Of a stretch of DNA of 64,000 bases, positions 11,781-24,100 are shown piece by piece. The DNA lies in assembly GCA_028534125.1 (NCBI GenBank), contig CM052817.1, positions 30,196,001 through 30,260,000 of the forward strand, written 5' to 3'. The DNA comes from Lama glama. Taxonomy: Eukaryota. A program made the translations under genes and the position numbers. Position 1 is the stretch's first letter. Each line of letters begins with the position of its first letter. Under the pieces are notes generated by a model, which had not been told where the DNA came from, did not search any database, and saw only the letters and a list, made by a program, of their open reading frames with translations.

Positions 11781-14700
11781 CAGGAGCGGGCGGGGTGGGG
11801 GGGATGCGAGCAGCGGCGCGGTGCGCGCAGGCAGCAGCGGGCACGAGCCCCACGCCTGGAGTAGGAGGAGCCAGGCCTGGGAGGAGGGCTAACGAGGTTC
11901 CCCCGAACGCAGGGACCCCGTACCCCCGCCCGCATCCCGGGTAACCGCCCGCCGCCCGCCGTGCACCTGCAGCGGCACAGCCCCGGGCGGCGGCGAGCGC
12001 CCGGGTGCGCCCGGAGCACCGCTCCCCGCGCCCACGCCGCGCCGGAGGAGCGGAGCCCACGCGCCGCCTGGGACTGCTCCCCGCCGCCGCCCGCCGGGGC
12101 TCCCCGGAGGCCCCGAGGTTCCTGGGGGGCTGCGGGTGGGTGCTGGTGTGGAGTCGGGAATGCAGTGTGTCTGTGCAGCCCTAGATCTCCGGGGCGTCGC
12201 CCTGCCGCCTGCCCCCTAACATGCCCTAGCTCTGGAGCGACGTGGCTGCCGAGAAGAGGTGAAGAGGTACCGCTCCCGCTGGAGCGCCAGGGGACTAATC
12301 ACGCCTGTACTTGGTCATCGGCGCATCCACGGAGCGCCAATTCCAGGCATGTTGCGTGGAATCAAACAGCAGGAAGTTTCTTCGATTTTTCTGAGCCCTC
12401 TTGGTGTACCACACTCATTCCTTCACACTCCTGCAATCAGCACCAATTTTCCCTCAAAGCTCTGTGGGCTGGAGACTTCCCGGGAGCCGGTCAGTAAAGT
12501 CCATTATACACCTTGGGAAACCCGCTCCCTCTCAGCAGTTCTTCCCCTCAATCTCTTTTCACAGGCAACCTCCCGAGCTGGTCATCAAACTCAGTCGACC
12601 GCTCTAAAAAAGTTTACATCCTCCCCCAACCCCTCCACCCCCACCCTCACCCCCCCCCCCCACCCCCAGCAGGAGGGGACCTGCTTTTTCTATTACCTCC
12701 ACAAGTTCTTTCCCCACAGAGGACAATGTGGTAGGTGTTGAGGTCTTCTCTTTTCAGGGCTTTTTTTAGCTGGCTTGGAGACCTGTTGTAATTTCAGCCC
12801 CAGCCGTACACTTGCAGCACCGTGTTTGATCTGTGTCATTTCTCTTTATCTGAGATGATAAAATCCAAACGTGCAACTTGAGCAACAACAAAAAGAACAT
12901 TTTCCTTTTTTGTACTGCACATAAGACAGAATGCTATGTACACCCTACTAAGACAAAGCAGAGTGGGTGTTTCTCATCAAGAAGTTGTTATAAATGTGAG
13001 ACATTTTAAAAGAAAAAAAGAGAAAGGTCTGCTGATATATTTCCGTTGTTTAACATTCAGTCAATATATGCCAAATACTTCAGTTTCCTAAGTTATGAAC
13101 CCCAAATTCAGATGTTTTTCCTGGATGGTGCAGTTTTCATAACAGGCACTGCTAATCTACAGTAAATTTTAGCTTTGCTTTGAAGATTATGTGAGGAGAG
13201 TAAAACCTTTACATTGTAAATATTTCAAGCTGTTCTTTTTAACCTATTAATCACCACTTTCTGAATGAGCATTTAATAAGCTACAACCTAAACAAACATT
13301 TGCTCTGTTTAGCTGCCTCTGTGAAGAACACCAACCAGCCTTCTCCTCCATCATTAATATTCTCTTCCTGACTTGCCCACTGCAGAGTCTAATTGAAATT
13401 CACGAAGATAAAAAGCATGCCATTTAAAACCTTGCAACTAGGGAATCTAAACATCTACTTGGTGGGAACACTTCACTTCCTACTGTATTTTCCTATTTTC
13501 CATTTCCATGACTCAGTCTTCATTTAGCTCTCTATCACTTCACCATTTATATTATTATTAAATTGTTTATATTATTATAATGGTGGTCGAACAGCTCATG
13601 GTTTCTTTCCAACCTTAATTGCTATGCTACAAAATCTCCCTTTCATGAATGTAACACATTTTTTGTAAAAATCTTCGTAGATTATTTTCATACTTATCAC
13701 TATAGTCCCTTGGTTTCTAATGATGAATGATGGAATTTAGTTTTAATTGCTTTATCTCAAAATTTGTATTTATTGAAATTTGTTCTAAAAAATTAGCTTT
13801 TCCCACTAGCATCCTTAATAAATGTCTAATCTCGTTGCTATATGACCCATTTGTATGGAACTTCACAAAGTTCAAACTATTTTTGATGATTTCACCACTT
13901 ACTTTTTAAAAAGCTGTATGTTAGAATAGTCTGTGGATTTGGATATGCACTTACTTGAGAGAGACTCAGTAAAAGCTAGATTCAAAAAATTCACTACAAA
14001 AACTGTGATTTTTAGTTCTTCCCCACAAAATGTTTACAATGTTATTGAAGCTGGATAGCTGTGATTTAAACTTCAAAGCACACATTAAAGGAAATGGAAA
14101 TCAGAAAACTGATTGCAAGCAGTGGACCTCTACCTTTATAGAAATATCTATACTGATATTTCACTGTGTTACTAATCCAGCCAAATTTTTTCTAGGATTG
14201 CCCAGCTCCCATAAATACCTGATAAATCCAGTCTGATTTCCTTCTTTCCTCTCTGTAATGGAGTGCATTGAACTGCCTGTGATTTGAGAGCTGGCCTGTG
14301 TAGGTCATGACTAAGCTCTTCCTACCCACTCCTTTTAGAGCAGGTCCTAAGGCAGCCAATGCCATAGAAGATCTGACAACTAATTGGTGGCCAGTAAACC
14401 CATTCCCACCCCAGCTCAGGCAGCACAAAACCTTCTGCTTGACCATGTTTCAGTTACCTTCCCGTGATTTGGATGGGACGGGGGCGGGGGTCACTTCTTA
14501 CATATCCCCATCCCTGACACCCAAGTCTCTAAGGAGATTTCCACATGAGGACCAAAAATAAAAGAAGATGAAGAATTTAGGGATCGTGGTTTTGTCTGAT
14601 TTTGTTTCCTGATAGCTCACAATATTGTACCATTTTAAAATTCATTTAAAATTTAAAATTCACAAAACTGTTCATGTTTTTTAGCAGCTATTTTGTAGAG

Positions 14701-17509
14701 CTTCCATTTTTAGGGCTCAGCTATATAAAGACTTGGCACTACTGCTCCAGGGAACTACTACTCTGTAATCTATATATAGGGAACCTCACGAATCTTTAGG
14801 TTTTTATAAGATAATATGTCTATATAAGGATATAGAATATATGTATGTATATATTATATATACATACGTGCACACAGATGTACAGATAGTTCTCGGTAGA
14901 AAGGTGTCTGGACTAATACAGATAGGCAGAAGGATTTAATGAGACTAGCATTTATATAACACATTTCTACGAAATGCTTTTAGCCTGACTGCCACGTAAT
15001 TTGGGCTTAGAGATTTTTACATACTTTGAAGAGAAGTACCAGAATTGGTTCAACAAGAATAGCATCTCACCATATTTACAAATTTTAAAATACCAGCATG
15101 TATTTCATATAATAAATATATATACACTTTACAGACTTTCCTACGTGAGTCATTCATTCAAATGAGAATATATATTTGTGCAAAAATAGGAACTAAAGCA
15201 GAGATTATCCTGTTTTCACAGAATTAAATACTAGTCGGTACTCTTCCCCAGGATGCTTTACTAATTTCAGCAGGTTTGGAGTGCAAGTCTGTTCTCACAT
15301 ATTCACCACATTGTAATTGAGAAAAAAAAAAAAACTGGGGCAAATACCCATTTGGTAATTCTCAAGTCAAAACTATGACCATCAAGCTCCATTTTTTCCT
15401 GTAAGTTGCATTTAGATCAATGGTTCTAATATGTCCACTAGGCTCTAAGATTTTGCAAGAAGTAACAGCTGGAAAGTGGGAGGAACTAGCCTTATAAACA
15501 AATAATTCCAAAATTCCTCTGCTAAATAAATGTATCTAGGGCACATTTCATTAGAGCTAAATATATCACATATACTAGCTTGGATAAACTATGCACATTA
15601 CCTTCTTAAAACAGATTGACTCTCTGTTTATAAAATAATTTTACAAACCTTACCCAACTTGCAAATCAAATATATCATGCATTCAGGATACCCTAGTGGT
15701 TTCTAAGATTTAAAAAAACCAACTACTTACATCAAATACATATACAGAGTAATTTGTGAGGAAATCCTTTTGCTTTCCTTTTGTGAAATTACAGATAGAA
15801 TTTGTTTCCAGGTTCTTCAGCTGCTTTCTAAAACAAAGAGAACATTCCAGTAATACAGACCAAAAGCTCCCTTATTGGAAAATACACCATTCATTTCATT
15901 GAAGAATAAGCTACTACATGATGGACAGCTTTTGCCTATGAGGCATGTTCCCTAAATAATAATAATTGTAATGAAAATAAGAAACATAAACGTATAATAT
16001 CTTCATTAGTATAAAAACTTGGATCCCATTCTAAGTACTTCAGATTTATTTATTTAATTACTCTTCAAAGCAAAAGTTACATTACTGTTACTCCCATTTC
16101 ACTGATACAAAACTTAAGGCACAAAAAGTTCAAATTAACTTATGACCTTCCAGTGAAGGAGCCAGGTGTAGAGCCCAAGCAGTTTGGGTCCATGCTTAAT
16201 GACTATATTGCATTGTCTCTTGTTCCTTAACAGCCTAAATTCAGCTTCACATGTGTAGTCTCACCCTTTAAACTTTGGACGAAATGTTTAACTGATGACA
16301 TGTTGGTGTTATCTGAGTAGTGTAAGTCTGTTAGTGACAGCCATATATTCATTTAACGAGTCTAATTGAGTGTCCGTTATGTACAAGACACCACTCTGGA
16401 TGCAATGATAATAAGGCATGGTCCCTACTCTCATGGGAGATTATATCAAATTGAAAAGGCATGAAATAATATATGTTGTTAATTGCAAACAAATTAACGA
16501 CCGAGGCCTATACATGTTCTCTAAAAACTGTATGTTTCTAAGTCAATACTACCTTTACTAAGTAATAACGTGCAGCTTGAGAAAAAGAATGCAACATAGG
16601 GCGTGTTTCTTTGAATAATTCACAAATCTAGTTGTTACCATGTAACAATTACTAAGTTGATTCTTATTATTAAGAAGACTATTAAGTACTTTCCATGATG
16701 CAAAAAGCCACTTAAGAAGAAGCCCCTAGGACCAGGAAATGATCACATCCAGAGTGAGAAGAAAGATCTATTTTATATGCATATTTTCTGAATAATAACA
16801 ACTCATCAAGCAAAATGTTGCAGAGGAAGCCAGTAATAATAACAACAAAATCAGAGGAGGGAGGATGTCCAAGACCTAGTTTGGGCCTATTTGTATACAT
16901 CTCAGGTGGGAGAAGATTGGTCTCACCTGAAGGATTATTCCCATATCATTTTTTTTTAGCATCCAAAACTCTTTCATCATGAGAGGAAGAGAGGATATAC
17001 TTAGTGTGTAGAAATAAGTGAAAACATAATCAGGCCATGAGTATTTCATGGTCAGTCAGAGAGACATGAAAGAGAAAATAGAAACCAATTATTTCTAAGA
17101 AAAAGTGAAAAATACCATGGCAAATTCATTATGGATATCAAATTATTTTAAATAATGATATGTAGACTATTTCCCTTTCTAGGGAACTCTTTGTATTTGC
17201 CAGAGTATCTTGCTCATAGATGCCCGATAAATAATTGCTGATTTCTTTGTAGAGTTAAGCACTTTGGAATACAAATTGGGAGCCTTAGTGCCAGTGTTTA
17301 AAATGCCATGACCTTGGACAATCACAGCTATAATATACTGGTAACTCTCAAAGCTTCCTCCACCTCTCACAGCTCACTGTACATCACTGGTAGACAACAT
17401 CTTTCCTTGAAAGGCATCTCCTCTGATGTTCTGTATTGTATCGTGCCACCATCCTCCCACCAAAATCCCCCAAACTGAGAGTCATTCTCAACTGTATTTC
17501 CTCAACACC

Positions 17510-17514
<5 letters not shown>

Positions 17515-17544
<30 letters not shown>
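17515..17544. repeat. (CA)n microsatellite
   Basis: Directly visible. Confidence 0.95.
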
Positions 17545-17547
<3 letters not shown>

Positions 17548-18106
17548 TACTGTTGCTGATAAAATACCTCCTATCTATCCATTATTCTGATCCATTCTGC
17601 CCCTTACCAATTCCATTGTCTTGGCCCTGCCCTCGTTTGGTCCACTGCAGTACCAATAAGCAATTGCTTACTAACTGGTTTCTCTACCTCCAATCTCAGT
17701 TTTCTTCAGTTTATTACCTACAGGTCCAGCGAAGAATTGTCCAAAACCAATTTGATAGAGTCTCTCAATCATTTAAAATTCTTTGTTGATAAATATATAA
17801 GGTGCAAACTCTTTTGCACATCGTATCTGACCCATTTATATCTCTAGCCTCAACTGTGATCTTTCCACAAACACGTTGTCTCACACACACACACGTGCAC
17901 ACTCACACATACACATCAATCACCATAATCACCATTCATTTCTCAACATCATCCTGTTTTCTATGCTCCCTATAAATGAAAATGTTTGTTTCTCTCAATG
18001 GCCAATAGCTTCATTGTCTCTATGCTTTTGCTTTCCATTGCCCCCTTCAACTGGAATGCCATTTTCACATCGTCTACCTGGTGAGTGCTTTAAACTTCAG
18101 CCCTAT

Positions 18107-18645
18107 TGAGGTGGGGAGCCCCATGAAAAAGATCAGCAGGATCCCTAGGCAGGGCCACTACTCTTCTGCTGGCACCATCCAGTTCTCGGGCCCAGTGACG
18201 TTATCTTGCTTTTTAAACTCTGAAACAGCTTACTTCTAGGAACTTACCCCTAAGAGTCTATTGGTTCCCTGAGCTAACTCCTGATTGGTCCATTTGTAGT
18301 GTTTCATTTGCATGGTGCTCACTCCTGATTGGTCCATTTCCCTCACTCCTGATTGGTTCATTTCCCTCACTCCTGATTGGTCCATTTCTACAAAGCTTGT
18401 TCCTAAGTAGTCACCTTTGTTATACCTTATTTGCATATGATGTTACAAAATGTTGCAAAGTCTAGACTGGTAGCCTATAAAAGGCTGTGTAAACCTACAA
18501 ACAGGGTCCAGAGCTTGGAATGTTAACTCCTCTGGGCCAGCTGGCATAATAAACCTGAGTTCTCCAACCCTCCAAGTGCTGCTTGGTCTCTCCCCCTAAT
18601 CCAGGTTGCTGTCACAACTGAGCTGTAACACACTTTGCTGCAACA
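18107..18645 (+). mobile_element. Solo ERV1-class LTR (539 bp) with 4-bp TSD
   Basis: TG...CA termini; TSD CTAT at 18103-18106 and 18646-18649; TATAAAA at 18476; AATAAA at 18548; tandem CCAAT-box repeats in U3. Confidence 0.9.
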
Positions 18646-18959
18646 CTATAAACTATTTTTCACCTGTCCAGATAAAATTGTTCACATCGTCCTTTTGAGC
18701 TCCTGCTGAACTTAGCGCAGGCATTTAACCTGAAACCTAGAATATCACATTAAACTTATTTATTAACTTTCTATCTCATGCCTGTGAACCTCACCTTAAT
18801 CATCTTTACCTTCCAAGTCAGGAACTTCTTGAGGAATAAATGAAAGAAAGAATGAATCAATGAATGAGTGAACAACCTAATGAATAAGTGAGAGAGTACG
18901 TGAGCATCTGCACCATTATTTGCACGTGAGAAACGCCATGCTTTCTTTAGAGGAAATGA

Positions 18960-19210
18960 GATGCCAGAGAGAGTAGTGGTGAAGCGCTCAGACTCCGATG
19001 CTAAACACTTAGGTTCAAATCCTAGTTCTGCTGCCTACTCACTGTGCAACCTTGGGTAAGTTGCTTAGCCTCCCTAGGCTTCAGTTGTCTTACCCACAGA
19101 ATAAGGGTAATTGTAGAACCAGCTTCATGTGGTTAATGTGAGTGTTCTACGAGTTGATACAAGTGCACTGAACAGCACCTGGATCAGAGACAACACCGTG
19201 CAGTGTATCA
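18960..19210 (+). mobile_element. MIR SINE
   Basis: agtggtgaagcgctcagactc...ggttcaaatcctagttctgc...tgtgcaaccttgggtaagttgcttagcctccctaggcttcagtt. Confidence 0.8.
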
Positions 19211-20159
19211 AGTGTCTGAAAGCCGCTGGCTTACTGCCTCGACATTTAGTGTGAGATTCAGTTGCACTCCTCACCCTTGAATTTATTGAATTTTTGACTC
19301 TTTCCCTATATGCTCCCATCCACTCTTTCCCACTAGCAGTCAGGTTCCCACCTTCACAGAATGATCGGTTGGAGCCCTCCTCATACACCCACATTCTCTT
19401 ATGTTGCCTTTTATTTTTTTTCTCATGAATACATGGTTTCCCTCATTCTCTCGCTCTCTTTTTTTCTGCTCTTTTTTTCTTGTCCTCTTTTTAGTATACC
19501 ATGCCCTCCTTTTCATTCCAGCTCGGCCTGCATTTCCATCTTTTGTTAGTTCTCTAATGTCCCCCTTTCCTCCCTCTTTCTTGATATTTATATATAGCAT
19601 GTCTGCTTCTGTGCACACACTTGTCTTTAGCATATGGAAAAAGATGTGTTTATAAGAGGACATACAGGCAGGAAATTGTCCATTTCATCCAATGGGAATG
19701 TGAGTGCTTCTGCTGCCAACACACGGGCATCCCTGTCTGTGTTTCTGTGCATAGGTCTCTCTATAAACCATGCTATTAAATCCACTCAAGTGTATTGTGT
19801 GGCTTATTATATGAACTGAATAGAAAAATCAAGTGACTTTCACTTTTGAACTGGCTACTGATTTTCCTGCAATAAAGAAATTGCCACGTGTTTGATCGGT
19901 TGTTTAAAAAAGACCCATATCGGTAACATCTAGAGAACCAAAGACACTAATCAACGTAGAAGCTTCCAGCCACTCTCCGGATCATCCACTAGATTATAAT
20001 AGGGTTTCAAGTCATTATTCCTTTTTTGTGACTTCCGGGTCTGTTCTCATGCTATTCAGTTGGAAGATAAAAGTAAGAGTACTTTTTGAATTTATGAGTT
20101 AAGAGTTAACAAAGTATCCTTAAAGAATATTTTTTGAGGGGGGCTATTTTAAGAGGCTT

Positions 20160-20530
20160 CTGGCAGACATTAGTAGTACCCAGCAAATATTGCTAGTTTC
20201 CAGCCTAGATGATGAGCAGATTGAATTTGCCTACTCTCCTTGAAATCAGAGGTGGCAATGGAATTTGCTCTGGCCAATGATCATTGGGCAAAAGAGACAC
20301 GGGCCATTTCCACGTGGAGGCCGAGTGTGGCTGTGTCTGTTTACCATGTGGCCTCCTCCACTGTCTGGTTGCAGCCAGCGATACTCCAAATGGTCGCTCC
20401 AGGGTCCTTGAGTGAGGACGACAAAGGTCAGAGCTCCTTGCTGACCTGCGGTGGACATACAGAATGAATGAAAAATAAATATTTGTTGTTTTAAGCCTCT
20501 AACATTTGGGGGGGAGGTGTTTAACCATGA
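20160..20530 (+). mobile_element. MaLR (MLT1-type) LTR remnant
   Basis: tgctctggccaatga...aaaataaatatttgttgttttaagcctctaacatttgggg is a characteristic MLT1 3' motif. Confidence 0.65.
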
Positions 20531-21634
20531 AATGACTTGGTCTAACCTGACCACTGAGGATAAAGAGAAAAGGAAGTTTTGTTGTGTGTGGGTTTTTTTT
20601 TTTTTGATATGAAACATTGAATGATGGAGTGGTATGCAAAATGTTTTCCTGCACAGAGACTTTATGAACCACCCTGAAATCACAGCATATAAATAGTTTC
20701 TTATCTAAGTCTGAAGCAATTGATTTCTTTGGTTTTTGGTAACACTTTGGTTTTATTTCCATCTCTTAACTGTTCTTCGCTTTCTTTCTCCACCTAAACA
20801 CCCAGAGGGGTTGAGACAAAGTCTGCAGGTGTTCTTGACAAACAGTCCATCTGAACCTCTGCTTCATTCTGCCCCACAGAAACACAGACCCTGGATGTGG
20901 TCCTGAGGAGGAAGGTGTACGGTATTTACTAAGTTCCAGCAAGAGCTCAGATATCCGAAACACCAGCCAGGTCCCAGAAATGGGCTGGAAAAAAAAGACA
21001 AAAAGAGAAGGGGTGAGACAAAGAGGCTGACTGGGACAGCTACTGCTAGATGTTAAAGTGATGGGAGGTGGATAAGAACACTGGTTCTGCTGAAGAATTC
21101 ACATTAGGAATATACCTCCGTATCTCAACTACGTAAAGAAAAACAAAAGAAATTGACTCTGACCTGAATATAGTGAAAAAATTTTAAAGTCATGTCCAGA
21201 GGTTTCCAACAAGTTAGAAAAGGCAAGTTAGTCACGAATTTTAATACCAATTCTGTTGTTGTTATTATACAATTCACTGGCGCAGAAATATTCAGGTTCA
21301 AATTGCTTTTAGGTAGTCAATCAACATAACGCAAGTACCAACCATTGCAAAAATTTAACATGCAAATTGCAAGAAGAAAAATAGACTCATCTTTAATAAG
21401 CTCTTAAGAGACCAGAAACTATGATATCTCTCTTTTCATCCCTCATCGTACTTCTCATGGTGTAGACACTCAGTAAGTCTTAACAGAAGAAAGTCAGGCT
21501 GTGTCAAGAAGTGTATGTGTATTGTTCACTGCAGTTCATTTGTCCTGCCTTTATCCATTTTGACCCTCAGCCTGGTCTTCATGCAGTGCTCTGGGTTATC
21601 TGTCCAAAATAGCCATTTGTTCATCACACTCATA

Positions 21635-22134
21635 NNNNNNNNNNNNNNNNNNNNNNNNNNNNNNNNNNNNNNNNNNNNNNNNNNNNNNNNNNNNNNNNNN
21701 NNNNNNNNNNNNNNNNNNNNNNNNNNNNNNNNNNNNNNNNNNNNNNNNNNNNNNNNNNNNNNNNNNNNNNNNNNNNNNNNNNNNNNNNNNNNNNNNNNNN
21801 NNNNNNNNNNNNNNNNNNNNNNNNNNNNNNNNNNNNNNNNNNNNNNNNNNNNNNNNNNNNNNNNNNNNNNNNNNNNNNNNNNNNNNNNNNNNNNNNNNNN
21901 NNNNNNNNNNNNNNNNNNNNNNNNNNNNNNNNNNNNNNNNNNNNNNNNNNNNNNNNNNNNNNNNNNNNNNNNNNNNNNNNNNNNNNNNNNNNNNNNNNNN
22001 NNNNNNNNNNNNNNNNNNNNNNNNNNNNNNNNNNNNNNNNNNNNNNNNNNNNNNNNNNNNNNNNNNNNNNNNNNNNNNNNNNNNNNNNNNNNNNNNNNNN
22101 NNNNNNNNNNNNNNNNNNNNNNNNNNNNNNNNNN
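21635..22134. other. Assembly gap (500 N)
   Basis: Run of exactly 500 N. Confidence 1.
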
Positions 22135-22334
22135 TCATCCCTCATCGTACTTCTCATGGTGTAGACACTCAGTAAGTCTTAACAGAAGAAAGTCAGGCTG
22201 TGTCAAGAAGTGTATGTGTATTGTTCACTGCAGTTCATTTGTCCTGCCTTTATCCATTTTGACCCTCAGCCTGGTCTTCATGCAGTGCTCTGGGTTATCT
22301 GTCCAAAATAGCCATTTGTTCATCACACTCATAA

Positions 22335-22980
22335 CTTAAAATCCTTCCCATAGTTCCTGTTTCTCATAAGATCGAGACCAAAATCCTTACCATAGCCATA
22401 GTTGGTCCTGCACGCCTTGACTCCTGCCTGGCCTTGAACCATTATTCCCTTTGCTCCATCAGTCTTCACCTTCTTCAGTTCCTGGAATGTGCCAAGCTCC
22501 CTTCTGCCAGTTCTCCTCCTGCCACAGGTCACTGTCGCACACGTTTCCTCTGCTGGAAATCTCTTACCCCTTCCACTCACTTATACATCCTTCATACAAA
22601 AAATAGGAAGCACTTCCTCAAGAAGCCTTCCTTGACATAGCACCACCCCCCTACTTTTCTCTGTTAGTTTTTTTTGTTATATGTGCTTCCTCTTAGAGAA
22701 TTTGTCTCTGTTTTTATATTATTATGTGTGATTACTTGATTAAAATCTAGGGGTAGGGAAATAGCTCAGTGATAGAGCACATGCTTAGCATGCATAAGGT
22801 CCTGGGTTCAATCTCAGTACCCTCATTAAAAAGAAAAATCTATTTACTGAGCTGTACGTTCCATTGTTCAGGGACCATGTTTATTTTTACTTAACGTTGC
22901 AACCCTTGCAATTAGTGCACTGCATGACGTAGAGTAAGCACTCAATACATAGGTGTTGAAAAAAATGAATAAATAAACCA
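22335..22980 (+). mobile_element. L2 3' fragment (host of the SINE)
   Basis: cttcagttcctggaatgtgccaagctc...agaagccttccttgac...gagtaagcactcaatacataggtgttgaaaaaaatgaat. Confidence 0.7.
22750..22834 (+). mobile_element. tRNA-Ala(AGC)-derived SINE (camelid Vic-1-like) with TSD
   Basis: ggggtagggaaatagctcagtgatagagcacatgcttagcatgcataaggtcctgggttcaatctcagtacc: A/B-box tRNA-Ala-like body with an A-rich tail; TSD aaaatcta at 22742-22749 and 22835-22842. Inserted in an L2 relic. Confidence 0.88.
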
Positions 22981-23792
22981 ATGTGTAACATAGGATTAGA
23001 TGTATAACATTACCTTCAAAAGTAGCCACTCATATCCCTTAAAAGAAATCTGCAGTCCAGTAACTTGGATTGTTGCCACATTCATAGTCTATGGAGAATT
23101 CATAGCTCAAGACCATGCCATTGTCCCTCTGCATTTATGAGAAATAAGAAGAGGGGATACTCAGTGTTAGAACTCGGTGGGGAAGGGGGATGGCTGAGGG
23201 AGACAATATTTCAATCAAGGTAGGCCAGTAAGAGGAAACGATAAGAAAGGTAATCATGTTTTGGTTCACGATGAGGGAAGCTGTTTCTATTCATCCAGTA
23301 GCATTTGGTAATAGTGGAAGCCAATGAATTCTTGACTTCAAAGGATAAGACCACATATAGATATTTTCCAGTCTTGGAGGATTCATCATCCCAACATATC
23401 TCGCCTTAGTACATTCTGCCTAGAATGGGTGTGATTTATCCTTATTTCCCTAGAAGGTAGGACTAATTAGCAGGACCCTGTGAACCATATATGGAGGTAG
23501 GATCTGTAAGTATTCTAAAAGGCTCTTTGCCATATAGAAGTTGTAGTGAATGGAATAGAAGATGACTTTTATTTCTTTTATAGTCTTATAGTGTGAAAAC
23601 TCACCTTATCTACTAAGGGACTAATTTCCCAAAGAATTTTATTGCAAATGGGAATTTGCTTTTTACATCAGTCCTTCCTAAGTCCTAAGCTCTTAAGTCA
23701 AATGAACTGTTTATCTGTCCCATTCATATTCCTATAAATCTCAGAGAAATATATTTTACATAATTCAAATATATAACTACATGAATATTGAC

Positions 23793-23848
23793 ATATATAT
23801 ATACACACACACACACACACATATATATATGTATATATATATATATAT
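23793..23848. repeat. Compound (TA)(CA)(TA) microsatellite
   Basis: Directly visible. Confidence 0.9.
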
Positions 23849-23884
23849 TTATAGCATGATCTGAACTAATCAATTAAGACTCCA

Positions 23885-24100
23885 GAGTTAGTGAGTTAGT
23901 TGCTACACAAATCTGTCCTGCCACCTGTTTTCATATATAAAAATTTACTAGGTCATAGCCATGCCCATTTGTCTAGGCATTGTCTTTAGCTGCTTTTGTG
24001 CTAGAATGGCAGAACCGAGTGGTCACAACAGAACCTACGTTGCCCACGAAGCTTGACATCTCTATTTGACCTTTTAAGACAGAAAGTTTGCCAACCCTTG
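23885..24100. mobile_element. MER58A-like hAT-Charlie DNA transposon
   Basis: ccacctgttttcatatataaaaatttactagg...catagccatgcccatttgtc...acagaaagtttgccaaccc resembles the MER58 consensus. Confidence 0.75.

Larger units (their letters stand above)
11060..12360. promoter_or_regulatory. GABRA2: CpG island / GC-box promoter region of GABRA2
   Basis: Abrupt rise in GC and CpG density against an AT-rich background, several GGGCGG/CCGCCC Sp1-type boxes (e.g. near 11385, 11742, 11788, 11945), overlapping the first exon. Confidence 0.92.
17380..18880 (+). mobile_element. Old L2 fragment(s) interrupted by a (CA)n tract and an ERV LTR
   Basis: Pyrimidine-rich L2-like sequence ending in the typical (gaat)n tail at about 18835-18885. 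Confidence 0.5.

Noticed and set aside
12437..12460. REST/NRSE site upstream of the promoter
   Set aside because: Only the left half-site TCAGCACC is present, with no GGACAG right half nearby.
11219..12741. Long ORFs over the CpG island (266 aa, 197 aa, 178 aa, 160 aa)
   Set aside because: Low-complexity Arg/Pro/Ala/Ser-Leu translations caused by stop-codon scarcity in GC-rich and (GA)n DNA; they overlap the GABRA2 promoter/UTR and resemble no protein I recognise.
18277..18390. CRISPR-like repeat array
   Set aside because: Head-to-tail 24-bp repeats without unique spacers, inside a mammalian LTR U3.
21515..22339. ORFs of 175-274 aa spanning the N run
   Set aside because: Artefacts of translating through the assembly gap.
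22750..22825. Functional tRNA-Ala gene
   Set aside because: Altered 5' end and stems, an A-rich tail and a TSD indicate a retroposed SINE.
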